From Pontiella desulfatans (GTDB taxonomy: Bacteria > Verrucomicrobiota > Kiritimatiellia > Kiritimatiellales > Pontiellaceae), in NCBI RefSeq assembly GCF_900890425.1, contig NZ_CAAHFG010000004.1, positions 632,330-664,329 on the forward strand: a stretch of DNA of 32,000 nucleotides, written 5' to 3'. A program made the translations under genes and the position numbers. This document shows, piece after piece, positions 16,105 to 25,200 of this stretch (positions are counted from its first letter, which is position 1; every line of letters starts with the position of its first letter). The notes beneath the pieces were generated by a model, which saw nothing but the letters and a program-made list of their open reading frames with translations, had not been told where the DNA came from and searched no databases.

Positions 16105-16130
16105 AGAGTGGCCCCTGGCCGCTCTTTTGT
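16105..16130 (+). terminator. Terminator-like hairpin: nusA leader attenuator or terminator of the upstream operon
   Basis: agagtggcc-cct-ggccgctct forms a 9-bp stem with one G-T pair (16105..16125). It is followed by tttgttctct. Confidence 0.4.
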
Positions 16131-16182
16131 TCTCTATGGGCCTGTTATTTGATTTATTGAAGGTTGAGCAAGGAGGTGGCGA

Positions 16183-17373
16183 ATGAATGCTGCGGAACTG
16201 AAAGCCGTTGTGGAATACATGGAAAGCGAACGGGGCGTGGAGCGCGAAACGATTATTCGTGCCATCGAATCCGCCCTGCAGAGTGTTGCCGAGAAAAACG
16301 GGGACGAAGTGGACGAGGATTTGCGCATCGAGATCGATCGCCGCACCTTCGAGCGCAAGGCCTACCGGAAACTGTCGGATGGCTCCGAAATCGAAACCAC
16401 TCCTCCGCGCATGGGCCGCATCGCCGCGCAGACCGCCAAACAGGTGATCATGCAGAAGATCCGCAACGCCGAGAAGGAAATCATTTTCGACGAATACAAG
16501 GATCGCCTCGGCGAAATCACCACCGGAACCGTGACGCGCTTCGACCGCTCGGACGTGGTGATCGAGCTGGAGCACGGCGAAGCCATCATGCCTTCCAAGG
16601 AACGCGTTCCGACCGAGGAATATGAGATTGGCGAGCGTGTCCGGGCGCTCATCCTTAATGTCCGCGAGCGCGAGCGCGGCCCCGAGATCGTGCTTTCGCG
16701 CAACCACCCCGATTTTGTCCGCCGCCTTTTCGAACTGGAGGTCTCGGAGATTTCCGATGGCACGATGGACATCAAGGGCATTGCCCGCGAGGCCGGCTAC
16801 CGCAGCAAGGTGGCGGTGATTTCGCACGATGAGCGCGTGGATCCCGTTGGCGCCTGTGTTGGCATGCGCGGCATGCGCGTGAAGAACATTGTGCGCGAAC
16901 TCTCCGGCGAAAAGATCGATATCGTCCGCTGGAGCGACGATATCCACACCCTGATAACCAACGCCCTCGCACCGGCCCGGCTGAAGCATGTCGAAGCCGA
17001 TGCGGATACGCAGACCGTCAAGGTTACGGTCGAGCCCGACCAGCTTTCGCTGGCGATCGGCAAGCGCGGCCAGAACGCGCGGCTGACCTCCAAGCTGACC
17101 GGCTGGCGCGTGGACATCCAGAAGGATGAAGAGAGCATGGACTTCGAGGAGCGCGTTGCCGTTGCGGTAACCAAGCTCGCTGCCATCGAAGGCATCGGCG
17201 ACGAATACGCCGACAAGCTGGTATTCTCCGGCTTCCTGACGCTGGAAGGTATCCTGGCCGCCGAGATGGGCGACCTCTCTTCCATCGAAGGCATTTCCCC
17301 CGAGCAGGCCAGGGCCCTCTGGTATGCGGCAGAGGCGGAATACATTAAAGAACACGGTGAGATTACGGAATGA
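16183..17373 (+). CDS. nusA: Transcription termination/antitermination factor NusA
   Basis: 396-aa ORF with RBS AGGAGG 6 nt upstream. The N-terminal text LKAVVEYMESERGVERETIIRAIESAL, an S1 region and KH text (RSKVAVISHDERVDPVGACVGMRGMRVKNIVRELSGEKIDIVRWS, LAIGKRGQNARLTSKLTGWRVDI) are classic NusA. Confidence 0.92.
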   Translation: MNAAELKAVVEYMESERGVERETIIRAIESALQSVAEKNGDEVDEDLRIEIDRRTFERKAYRKLSDGSEIETTPPRMGRIAAQTAKQVIMQKIRNAEKEIIFDEYKDRLGEITTGTVTRFDRSDVVIELEHGEAIMPSKERVPTEEYEIGERVRALILNVRERERGPEIVLSRNHPDFVRRLFELEVSEISDGTMDIKGIAREAGYRSKVAVISHDERVDPVGACVGMRGMRVKNIVRELSGEKIDIVRWSDDIHTLITNALAPARLKHVEADADTQTVKVTVEPDQLSLAIGKRGQNARLTSKLTGWRVDIQKDEESMDFEERVAVAVTKLAAIEGIGDEYADKLVFSGFLTLEGILAAEMGDLSSIEGISPEQARALWYAAEAEYIKEHGEITE

Positions 17374-19517
17374 TGACAGTACAAGAGACAGCTAAAGATG
17401 TCGGCGTATCCGCCGAGGAATTGATCGAGATTCTGGGGGATATCGATATCGTCGTTGATGGCCCGGAATCCGAACTGACCAAGGATCAGATCACCCAGGT
17501 TTGCGACGAGCTGGGCTACGGCTCGATCGAGGACGCGCGCGAGGATAATGTCTCGGCCGAGGAAGAAGAAGAGCCCGAAGCGGCTCCTGCCGAAGAGGTG
17601 AAGGAAGAGGCCGCCCCGGTGGCCGCCGCCGAGGAAGCCCCGGTTGAAGAGGCCGCCGCCGAAGAGGTGGTTGCCAAGGAAGCTCCGCCCGCCGCCTCCG
17701 ACGAACCGGCGAAGGACCCGACCCTGATCGAGTTGAAAAAGCCGAAGGTGATCGTTAAGGACTTTGCCGAAATGATGGGTATGAAGCCCAACATGGTGAT
17801 TGCCGAGTTGATGCGGATGAACGTGTTCGCCTCCATCAACGCCGAGATCGATTTGAAGATCGCCAAGCAGATTGGCGAGAAGCACGGCTTCACCGTACGC
17901 AAGGAAGAGAAGAAAAAGGCCGCGCCGCAACAGCCGAAGACCAGCAAGAAAGTCCAGGCCAAGAAGCTGGCTGAAGCTCCGGACACGCCCGACGCCCTGC
18001 TGCCGCGGCCGCCGGTCGTCACCTTCATGGGGCACGTCGACCACGGCAAGACCTCCCTGCTCGACAAGGTGCGCAACACCCGCGTCACCGCCGGCGAGTC
18101 CGGCGGCATCACGCAGCACATCGGTGCCTATACGGTCGAACTCAACGACCACAAGATTACGTTCCTCGACACCCCCGGCCACGCCGCCTTCACGGCCATG
18201 CGTGCCCGCGGTGCAAACCTCACCGATATCGCCGTGCTCGTTGTTGCGGCGGACGACGGTGTGATGCCGCAGACGATCGAAGCCATCAAGCACGCGAAGG
18301 CGGCCGGCGTTTGCACCATCATTGCAATGAACAAGATGGACTTGCGCGCCGCCAACCCCGACCGCTTGAAGCAGCAACTTCAGGAAAACGAAATCATGGT
18401 CGAGGACTGGGGCGGCGACATCGGCTGCATTCCGGTGAGTGCCGAAACCGGCGAAGGAATCGATTCGCTTCTCGAACGCATCCTGCTCGAGTCCGAAATG
18501 CTCGAGCTCAAGGCCAACCCCAACAAGCCGGCAACCGGTTTCGTGGTGGAGGCCCAGATGGAGCCGGGCATGGGCCCGACCGCCAGCGTGCTCGTCAAGA
18601 GCGGTACGCTTAAGGTGGGCGACAACGTGATCTGCGGCAATTATTGGGGCCGCATCAAGGCGCTCATCAGCGACCAAGGCAAGAAGATCCGCACGGCCGG
18701 ACCGTCCACCGCCGTGAAGATTCTCGGGCTCACCAACGTGCCGGGTGCCGGCGACGAATTCCAGGTGCTGGCCTCCGACAAGGAAGCCAAGGCGCTTTCC
18801 GAGGAGCTGCAGGCCGAAGAACGCGCCGCGCAGCTGGGTGGCGGAGCCGCCCCGAAGAAGATGTCGCTCGACGACCTGTTCGGAGCCGGCGCAGGGGACG
18901 AGAAGAAGGAACTCAAGGTGATCATCAAGGCCGACGTGCAAGGTTCGGTCGAAGCCATTGCGCATTCGCTTGGCGGCATCAAGAGCGACAAGGTGGAGAT
19001 CAACATCATCACCAACGATGTCGGCAACATTACCGTCAACGACGTCATGCTGGCGAGTGCATCGGATGCCATCATTCTCGGTTTCCACACCGGCAACGAA
19101 AACGGAACCAACGCCGCCGCCAAGCGCGAAGGGGTTGAGATCCGCTTGTACAGCATCATCTATGAATTGATCGAAGATGTTGAGAGCGCCATGAAGGGTT
19201 TGCTGGAACCGGAACTGCGCGAACAGGTGATCGGCGAAGCGGAAGTCCGCGAAGTATTCGAGCTCAGCAAGAAGAGCAAGATTGCCGGTTGCATGGTGAT
19301 GAGCGGTCGCATTACTTCGAAGGCGAGCATCCGAATCAAGCGCGGTCGCGACATTCTTTTCGAAGGCCTCATTGGTTCGCTCAAGCGTTTCCAAAACGAT
19401 GCCGCCGAAGTGCGCCAAGGGCAAGAGTGCGGCATACGTCCGGAGAACTTCACGAACTTCGAAGCAGGCGACACGATCCAGGCCTACATCGTCGAAAAGA
19501 TCACGCAGGAATTATAG
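17370..19517 (+). CDS. infB: Translation initiation factor IF-2
   Basis: 715-aa ORF whose ATG overlaps the nusA stop (ATGA). It has an acidic/Ala-rich linker, then GTPase text [29 protein letters not shown], and IF-2 C-terminal domains. Confidence 0.95.
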   Translation: MMTVQETAKDVGVSAEELIEILGDIDIVVDGPESELTKDQITQVCDELGYGSIEDAREDNVSAEEEEEPEAAPAEEVKEEAAPVAAAEEAPVEEAAAEEVVAKEAPPAASDEPAKDPTLIELKKPKVIVKDFAEMMGMKPNMVIAELMRMNVFASINAEIDLKIAKQIGEKHGFTVRKEEKKKAAPQQPKTSKKVQAKKLAEAPDTPDALLPRPPVVTFMGHVDHGKTSLLDKVRNTRVTAGESGGITQHIGAYTVELNDHKITFLDTPGHAAFTAMRARGANLTDIAVLVVAADDGVMPQTIEAIKHAKAAGVCTIIAMNKMDLRAANPDRLKQQLQENEIMVEDWGGDIGCIPVSAETGEGIDSLLERILLESEMLELKANPNKPATGFVVEAQMEPGMGPTASVLVKSGTLKVGDNVICGNYWGRIKALISDQGKKIRTAGPSTAVKILGLTNVPGAGDEFQVLASDKEAKALSEELQAEERAAQLGGGAAPKKMSLDDLFGAGAGDEKKELKVIIKADVQGSVEAIAHSLGGIKSDKVEINIITNDVGNITVNDVMLASASDAIILGFHTGNENGTNAAAKREGVEIRLYSIIYELIEDVESAMKGLLEPELREQVIGEAEVREVFELSKKSKIAGCMVMSGRITSKASIRIKRGRDILFEGLIGSLKRFQNDAAEVRQGQECGIRPENFTNFEAGDTIQAYIVEKITQEL

Positions 19518-19530
19518 CGCGTACAACCAT

Positions 19531-19552
19531 GGCGATTTCGGAATCGCCTTTA
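19531..19552 (+). terminator. Rho-independent terminator-like hairpin after infB
   Basis: ggcgatt-tcgg-aatcgcc forms a perfect 7-bp stem (19531..19548), followed by ttta. Confidence 0.55.
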
Positions 19553-19586
19553 TTCATCGGGTCATCCCCGATGTCCGGCAAAAAAA

Positions 19587-19613
19587 GCCGTCCGCGATGC
19601 GGGCGGCTTTTTT
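19587..19613 (+). terminator. Rho-independent (possibly bidirectional) terminator
   Basis: gccgtccgc-gat-gcgggcggc forms a 9-bp stem with one G-T pair. An A7 run precedes it and T6 follows. Confidence 0.75.
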
Positions 19614-19706
19614 GTTGTGCACCGCACCGATATTTCATTGCTTGTGATCCCATAAATTCATTGATGCAACTTCATATGAGACATGCGTTTTTATAAAGCA
19701 AACGGG

Positions 19707-19735
19707 TTGCATAACATTCGCTTTGTGCTTATAAA
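19707..19735 (+). promoter_or_regulatory. Candidate sigma70-type promoter for the H1-like gene
   Basis: TTGCAT (19707..19712), a 17-nt spacer, then TATAAA (19730..19735), inside an unusually AT-rich 330-nt intergenic region. Motif match only. Confidence 0.4.
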
Positions 19736-19846
19736 CGTTTTTCAGAAGGGCGATCATTGATACTTCTTTGAAGGATTGCAAACTCGTTTGGGCAATGGAG
19801 ATGCATCGATGGTTGCTTGTCAGGAGTAATAACCAAGGAGGCTACA

Positions 19847-20296
19847 ATGGCAGCGAAGAAGAAAGCAGCAAAGAAGGCACCGGCTAAGAAGGCCGCGAAG
19901 AAAGCACCGGCTAAGAAAGCCGTAAAGAAAGCACCGGCCAAGAAAGCACCGGCCAAGAAGAAGGCCGCCGCCAAGAAGGCACCGGCCAAGAAGAAGGCCG
20001 CGAAGAAAGCGCCCGCCAAGAAGGCTGCGAAGAAAGCGCCCGCCAAGAAGAAGGCTGCGAAGAAAGCGCCCGCCAAGAAGAAGGCTGCGAAGAAAGCGCC
20101 TGCCAAGAAGAAAGCCGCCAAGAAGGCACCGGCTAAGAAGAAAGCAGCCAAGAAGGCACCGGCTAAGAAGGCTGCCAAGAAGGCACCGGCTAAAAAGAAA
20201 GCCGTGAAGAAAGCGCCGGCCAAGAAGAAAGCCGCCGCCAAGAAGGCACCGGCCAAGAAGAAGGCTGCGAAGAAAAAAGCCGCTAAAAAGAAATAA
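19847..20296 (+). CDS. Histone H1-like Lys/Ala/Pro repeat protein (Hc2/AlgP-like nucleoid-associated candidate)
   Basis: The ATG at 19847 lies 6 nt after AAGGAGG. The track start at TTG 19817 is less likely. The 149-aa product is made almost only of K, A, P and V, in about 14 copies of KKAPAKK(K)AA. It is flanked by terminators on both sides. Confidence 0.75.
   Translation: MAAKKKAAKKAPAKKAAKKAPAKKAVKKAPAKKAPAKKKAAAKKAPAKKKAAKKAPAKKAAKKAPAKKKAAKKAPAKKKAAKKAPAKKKAAKKAPAKKKAAKKAPAKKAAKKAPAKKKAVKKAPAKKKAAAKKAPAKKKAAKKKAAKKK
19853..20293 (+). repeat. Tandem 27/30-nt coding repeats
   Basis: The 30-nt unit agaaagcgcccgccaagaagaaggctgcga is identical at 20031..20060 and 20061..20090 and continues to 20100. 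Degenerate 27- and 30-nt versions fill the whole CDS. Confidence 0.85.
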
Positions 20297-20320
20297 GGCG
20301 TGCTTCTGACAAAGTCGAAA

Positions 20321-20347
20321 ACGTCCCGCATCTGCGGGGCGTTTTTT
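20321..20347 (+). terminator. Rho-independent terminator after the H1-like gene
   Basis: acgtcccgc-atct-gcggggcgt forms a 9-bp stem with one G-T pair, followed by tttttatt. Confidence 0.7.
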
Positions 20348-20407
20348 ATTGTTCGGACTCGTCCATTAAGTCTATGTTCTGCGCAACCTAGGGAAGGGGT
20401 ACGCTCC

Positions 20408-20863
20408 ATGAGATGTCCAAAATGTGAAGGCCGGGAAAACCGTGTAATCGATAGCCGGGAAGTGCGCAACGGCGATGCCATCCGACGGCGGCGCGTATGT
20501 GTTGGCTGCGGGCACCGCTTCACCACCTACGAAGAGATCCAGCGTGCCCAGCTCCAGGTGACCAAGCGCGATGGCCGGCGGGAAGAGCTCAGCCGCAGCA
20601 AACTCGTTAAGAGCCTCAACATTGCCTGCCGCAAACGGCACATCAGCGTCGAGCAGATCGAACGTCTGGCCGACTCGATTCTCTTGGAAGCCGAGTCGGA
20701 ATTCGAAAAGGAAATCCCGAGCATCATGCTGGGTAAAAAAGTGATGGCCGCACTCGAGAAGCTCGATGAGGTTGCCTATATCCGCTATGCCTCCGTCTAT
20801 CGCCGCTTCCGCGATGCCGGCCAGTTCATGAACGAGGTCGAGCGCCTGATTGGACGCGAATGA
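20408..20863 (+). CDS. nrdR: Transcriptional repressor NrdR
   Basis: [43 protein letters not shown] (zinc ribbon) plus ATP-cone text ([14 protein letters not shown]..., [13 protein letters not shown]). The track start at 20300 adds 36 non-homologous residues that run through the terminator. ATG 20408 is preferred. Confidence 0.9.
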   Translation: MRCPKCEGRENRVIDSREVRNGDAIRRRRVCVGCGHRFTTYEEIQRAQLQVTKRDGRREELSRSKLVKSLNIACRKRHISVEQIERLADSILLEAESEFEKEIPSIMLGKKVMAALEKLDEVAYIRYASVYRRFRDAGQFMNEVERLIGRE

Positions 20864-21537
20864 GAGCCGCGGCCTTTCACACCCTGGAACGGCAGGATCC
20901 CTGGAAGGTACATCTGCAGGAGGTTTTCGCCGCGTTGGAAATCCCCCCCGGAACCATGGCGGACAATGTGGCGGCGAGCGTTGCCATGTATTGCCGCGAA
21001 TTCCATCCGGGCGGGGTGCAGCGCACCGACCTGGCCCTGTTGATTGCCCGCGCGTTCTGCGCCGTGAACGACCGTGCCGCCGCCGAGCGGGTGCTCGGCT
21101 CCATGCAACCCCACAGCCGGCACGTTGCCCGATGGCTTGAAATCCTTTCCGAGCTCCACCATTTCCCGTTGTTGCTTCCCTACTTTTCACTCGGCATCAT
21201 CCGTCCGGCCGAGTGGGCGGGGGCGCAGGTCGACCGGATGTGGACGCTCGATTTCGGGCGGCTTGCCCTTTCCGAATCCGAACGGCATGAGATGATGCTC
21301 TACCGATCCATCCGCGCCATCATCGAGAACATGTTTGTCTTCTGGGATGCCACCGAAGGCGAGGGGGTGCTTGGGCTCAAGGGGTTGGCCGCGCTGAATG
21401 TCGAAGAAGGTTCGCGGTGCAAGCAGACGCTCACCGCAACCGACGACCTGCTCGAATACATGGCCGATCTATTCCGCCAGCAGATGCAGCACCGCAATTG
21501 GCAATCGGTTCCCTCGCTGATGAACCTCGACTTTTAA
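20860..21537 (+). CDS. Hypothetical protein translationally coupled to nrdR
   Basis: 225-aa ORF whose ATG overlaps the nrdR stop (ATGA). It fills the gap to lnt exactly. No domain recognised. Confidence 0.55.
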   Translation: MRAAAFHTLERQDPWKVHLQEVFAALEIPPGTMADNVAASVAMYCREFHPGGVQRTDLALLIARAFCAVNDRAAAERVLGSMQPHSRHVARWLEILSELHHFPLLLPYFSLGIIRPAEWAGAQVDRMWTLDFGRLALSESERHEMMLYRSIRAIIENMFVFWDATEGEGVLGLKGLAALNVEEGSRCKQTLTATDDLLEYMADLFRQQMQHRNWQSVPSLMNLDF

Positions 21538-21551
21538 CGAATGGATTTCGC

Positions 21552-23228
21552 ATGATAGGCTCGTTCAAGGAAATGGACAAGAAGCGGCAGAAATACGATG
21601 CCGAACGTCCCGCCATAAATCTCAACAACCCCATTTTCCAGTCGATCTGGTTCGCGGTCTTCGGCAGCATCCTATCCGGCGTGTTGCTGGCATTGGGCTT
21701 TCCGGGCTTTGGCAACTCGACCTTGATTTTCGTGGCGCTGGTTCCGCTCATGTTTGCCGTGCAAGGCGCGTCCATCAAAAAGGCGTCGTGGTTGGCGTTG
21801 CTCTCCGGCTTTGTCTTTTTCATGATGTCGCTCTCGTGGTTGCACAACCTCACCGGCACGGTCGAAGGGGTTGGCATGAAGGCCAGCGCGTTGGTGGGCT
21901 ATGCCCTGCTCGCGCTCTACTGCGGCCTCTACTTCATTCCGTTCGCCATCACGGTCACGCTCGGGGTGCAACGATGGGCGGGCGAGAACGTTTGGAAAAA
22001 CGTACGCTTCATGTTTGCCGTCACCATGGTGTGGGTCGGGGCCGAATACGTGCGTGGTTTTTTGCTGACGGGCTTCCCGTGGAATCCGCTCGGTGTTTCG
22101 CAATACGCGAACCCCACCATCATCCAGATCGCCGAGTGGGGCGGGGTCTCCATTGTGTCGGCCTACATTGTTTGGATGAACGCCGGCGCCTTCATCACCT
22201 TCCGCCAATACACCCACGGTTCGCGGATGAAAAAATACCGACCGCATTTCGAGCTGATGATCGGCATCGTTCCGCTCGCGCTCTCGATCGCGCACGGCAT
22301 GAACGTGCTCTTCAACCGTCCCGAATTCTACGAATCGGTCAACGTTGCCCTCGTGCAACCCAACATTCCACAGGTTGAAAAATGGGACACGGAGATGGAT
22401 CAAATGATCCGCGACCGGTTGGCCGAGCTGGGCAGCACCGCCCTGCGGCTCGAGGGGATCGACCTGATGATCTGGCCCGAAACCGCCGTGCCCGATTTCC
22501 TCCGCACCAGCCGCGCCAGCTACGACCTCGTGAAAAGCATGACCGCCACCGGAACGCCGTTGCTGCTGGGCAGCATGGATGTCGAATTCACCGAGGCCGG
22601 CCGCATCTACTACAACAGCTCCATGCTGTTCGGCAAGGATGGCGAAGAGCTCGGAAAATACGACAAGCAGCACCTCGTCCCGTTCGGTGAATATGTTCCG
22701 TTCCCCGGCCTCATGCGCAAGTTCACGCCCATCGAAGTCGACTTCCGCCACGGCGCGGGAAGCACCATCCTGCCGCTGCGCGGCAACGCCTCCTTCTCCG
22801 CCCTCATCTGTTTCGAAGACATCGTGGCCCCGCTTTCCGTCAACGCCACCCGCGCCGGCGCGCGCTGGTTGGTCAGCCAAAGCAACGATGCCTGGTTCGA
22901 TCCCTCCGCGCAGTCGGAGCAGCACCTGGCCCACGCCATCTTCCGCTGCATCGAAAACCGCATTCCCATGGCGCGCTGCTGCAACACCGGCGTCTCCTGC
23001 ATCATCGATGCCTACGGCAACGTGCAGCGCAATCTCGAGCCCCTCACCAAGGGCTTCACCACCGGTCAACTGCATCCCCGCCCCATCGGCCTCGAAAAAA
23101 CCTTCTACACCCGCAACGGCAACGTCTTTTCCAAGGTCGCCCTCATTGCCGGCGCCACCGTCCTCTTTGTGCTTCGTTCCAAAGGCTGGAAATTCCGGAG
23201 GAAGAAGGATGTGCCTGAAGTCGAATAG
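21552..23228 (+). CDS. lnt: Apolipoprotein N-acyltransferase
   Basis: Multi-TM N-terminal half (LLALGFPGFG, FPWNPLG). The CN-hydrolase half has WPETAVP, YDKQHLVPFGEYVPF and LICFEDIV (catalytic Cys). The start at ATG 21552 (MIGSFKEMDKK) is chosen because the track start at 21417 overlaps the previous gene. Confidence 0.85.
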   Translation: MIGSFKEMDKKRQKYDAERPAINLNNPIFQSIWFAVFGSILSGVLLALGFPGFGNSTLIFVALVPLMFAVQGASIKKASWLALLSGFVFFMMSLSWLHNLTGTVEGVGMKASALVGYALLALYCGLYFIPFAITVTLGVQRWAGENVWKNVRFMFAVTMVWVGAEYVRGFLLTGFPWNPLGVSQYANPTIIQIAEWGGVSIVSAYIVWMNAGAFITFRQYTHGSRMKKYRPHFELMIGIVPLALSIAHGMNVLFNRPEFYESVNVALVQPNIPQVEKWDTEMDQMIRDRLAELGSTALRLEGIDLMIWPETAVPDFLRTSRASYDLVKSMTATGTPLLLGSMDVEFTEAGRIYYNSSMLFGKDGEELGKYDKQHLVPFGEYVPFPGLMRKFTPIEVDFRHGAGSTILPLRGNASFSALICFEDIVAPLSVNATRAGARWLVSQSNDAWFDPSAQSEQHLAHAIFRCIENRIPMARCCNTGVSCIIDAYGNVQRNLEPLTKGFTTGQLHPRPIGLEKTFYTRNGNVFSKVALIAGATVLFVLRSKGWKFRRKKDVPEVE

Positions 23229-23256
23229 GGAAGTTCGCAAGAAATCTGTCTTGGAG

Positions 23257-23302
23257 GGCCCGGTTCCACCCGGGCCAATGGAGCGTCCGGTTCCACCCGG
23301 AC
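23257..23302. repeat. Two tandem hairpins with identical loops (REP-like)
   Basis: ggcccgg-ttccac-ccgggcc (23257..23276) and gtccgg-ttccac-ccggac (23285..23302). The 14-nt string ccggttccacccgg is directly repeated. Confidence 0.6.
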
Positions 23303-25020
23303 ATCCCCGCAAGGCAAGGTGGAACTTGCCCCTCCAGTCGTCGAGGAGGAACTCGACTCTCCTTTTTTGCTGTTCCGTCATCGCCCTGATGGTTGCCGCC
23401 AACACCCATGCATCCATCACGCTCTCCAACGTGTCCGCCGCCCAGCGCGAAGGAACCAGACTGGTAGACATCCACTACGATGTTTCCAGCATCTCCGGTT
23501 CAAGCGTCCATGTTTCACTCATTGTTTCAAACGGTTCAACCCGGGTATCAACAACCGATCTGGGCACCGTGTCCGTAGGCACCGGCCTGCATGCGTTCTG
23601 GGAGGGCGGCACCGAGCTGAATGGCGTTGTGGTCTCCAATCTTTCCATCACGGTGCAGGCCTCCGATCCCGTTCCATCCGAAATGGCGCTTGTTCCAGCG
23701 GGAGATCCTTTTTTCATGGATGCGTTCGAAGTGGATAAGGAGCTCTGGCAATCCGTTTACAACTGGGCCGTGGCCAATCAGTTTTCCATAAACACAACTT
23801 TTGAATCTCGCGCATCCGGGCATCCAATCGTGAAGGTCGATTGGTACGACGCCGTCATCTGGTGCAACGCCCGTAGCCAGAAGGAAGGGCTGGTTCCCGT
23901 TTATGAAACTTCAACCGGATCCGTTTACAAGAACCGTCTTTTTGGCGAACCGGAAATCGGCTCGGGCAATGGATTCCGGCTGCCCACCAACGGGGAATGG
24001 GAATTTGCCGCGCGCGGCGGCTTGCAAAACCAACGTTTCCCGTGGGGCGATGAAATTGCGCACACCAACGCCAACTATCAAAGCTCATCCTCCTACAGCT
24101 ACGATGTGAGCGATACCTCTCCTCCCGGATGGCATCCGGACTTCGACGATGGCTCCCGTCCGCACACCAGTCCCGTCGGCTATTTCGAAGCCAACGGATA
24201 TGGCCTATACGACATGGCCGGCAACGTATACGAGTGGTGCTGGGGAACAGGATTGTCGAGAGCCATTCGCGGCGGAAGTTGGGATCATTATGCACCCTAC
24301 GCGCGATGTAGCGATGTCAGTACGACAGCACCCTCCATTTTTCAGGACACGATCGGTTTCCGCACCGTCCGTGACACAACGTTGGCCTCGGAATCCGTAT
24401 CTGTAGTTTTCGACGCGCGCGATTATGAACTCACCGTCGTGTCCGATTTCGGCTCGCCGGTTCCCGCTGCTGGAACCGCGGCCTATGCCTGGAGGTCGAC
24501 GGTCACCTGTTCCGTGGATACCGTTGTTGATGTCGGCGGCACCAATTTCACCTGCATCGGTTGGACGGGCACCGGCAGTGTTCCGGCATCCGGCAGTTCC
24601 AACCGCATCGTGGTGGTCTTGGACGACCTTGCCTCCTCCATCGTTTGGAGCTGGGCCAGCGACGACACCGACGGCGATGGCCTGAACGATGACTGGGAAC
24701 GCGATTATTTCCTGAACCTCTCCCAGGCCGCCACCAACGATTTCGATTCCGACGGCCAGGACAACCTGTCCGAATACATTGCCGGAACCATCCCCACCAA
24801 TCCCGCCTCGCTGTTCAAGCTCTCGGCCAGCCCCGTCTCCGGCAACTTCATCCTCGAATGGCCGACCGCCTCCAACCGCGTCTACAACATCCACTGGACG
24901 CCCAATCTCAAGCACACGCAGTTCACCCCCTTCGAAACCAACATCGCCTACCCCCGCAACTCCGCCACCGTCACCCCGACCCAGGCACAAGGCTTCTTCA
25001 AGGCCGATGTGAAGAAATAG
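23278..25020 (+). CDS. Secreted FGE-sulfatase (SUMF1/formylglycine-generating-enzyme family) domain protein with acidic DxDxDG repeats
   Basis: Signal peptide RRNSTLLFCCSVIALMVAANTHA. FGE-family text: VDWYDAVIWCNARSQKEGL, FRLPTNGEWEFAARGG, GLYDMAGNVYEWCW, IRGGSW. C-terminus: DTDGDGLNDDWERDYF...DSDGQDNLSEYIAGTIP. The start is ambiguous between ATG 23278 (no SD) and TTG 23326 (after AAGGTGGAAC). Track residues upstream of 23278 overlap lnt out of frame and are rejected. Confidence 0.8.
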   Translation: MERPVPPGHPRKARWNLPLQSSRRNSTLLFCCSVIALMVAANTHASITLSNVSAAQREGTRLVDIHYDVSSISGSSVHVSLIVSNGSTRVSTTDLGTVSVGTGLHAFWEGGTELNGVVVSNLSITVQASDPVPSEMALVPAGDPFFMDAFEVDKELWQSVYNWAVANQFSINTTFESRASGHPIVKVDWYDAVIWCNARSQKEGLVPVYETSTGSVYKNRLFGEPEIGSGNGFRLPTNGEWEFAARGGLQNQRFPWGDEIAHTNANYQSSSSYSYDVSDTSPPGWHPDFDDGSRPHTSPVGYFEANGYGLYDMAGNVYEWCWGTGLSRAIRGGSWDHYAPYARCSDVSTTAPSIFQDTIGFRTVRDTTLASESVSVVFDARDYELTVVSDFGSPVPAAGTAAYAWRSTVTCSVDTVVDVGGTNFTCIGWTGTGSVPASGSSNRIVVVLDDLASSIVWSWASDDTDGDGLNDDWERDYFLNLSQAATNDFDSDGQDNLSEYIAGTIPTNPASLFKLSASPVSGNFILEWPTASNRVYNIHWTPNLKHTQFTPFETNIAYPRNSATVTPTQAQGFFKADVKK

Positions 25021-25035
25021 GCTTTTCAACATGGG

Positions 25036-25078
25036 GCAGGCTTTCCAGCCTGCGCCGGGCAGACAAGAATGTCCGCCC
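25036..25078. repeat. Pair of REP-like GC-rich hairpins
   Basis: gcaggct-ttcc-agcctgc (25036..25053) is a perfect 7-bp stem. gggcagaca-agaa-tgtccgccc (25057..25078) is a 9-bp stem with one mismatch. Both lie just after the FGE-family stop codon. Confidence 0.5.
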
Positions 25079-25113
25079 CACTGTCCTCCAACCCCGATCC
25101 GCCGCCCCGGACA

Positions 25114-25149
25114 TTAAATCCAGATTGACGATCGTCAATCTGGATTTAA
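25114..25149. repeat. 36-bp perfect palindrome
   Basis: ttaaatccagattgacga|tcgtcaatctggatttaa forms 18+18 nt with no mismatch. It is AT-rich relative to its surroundings and sits in non-coding sequence. Confidence 0.9.
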
Positions 25150-25200
25150 CATTCCCGCAAAAACCGCCGCCGCGCGCTTCCATGGGGAGGGGGATTCGGG

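Noticed and set aside
7636-16182. Search for island hallmarks around the candidate system: integrase, transposase, tRNA, flanking direct repeats
   Set aside because: I could see none. The only repeat is the internal 5'-end duplication of the channel gene. The block is therefore called an inserted operon on gene-content grounds, not a demonstrable mobile element.
15919-19424. Minus-strand ORFs 15919..17355 (478 aa) and 16797..19424 (875 aa)
   Set aside because: They are antisense shadows of nusA and infB.
19729-20526. 265-aa minus-strand ORF rich in FFLAGAF repeats
   Set aside because: It is the mirror image of the Lys/Ala repeat gene. It runs through two terminators and the nrdR start, and it has no SD.
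21672-23471. 599-aa minus-strand ORF, and the first 233 codons of + ORF 22579..25020
   Set aside because: Both overlap lnt, which has clear CN-hydrolase motifs, and both are Ala/Arg/Pro/Ser-rich nonsense. The FGE-family gene plausibly starts only after the lnt stop.
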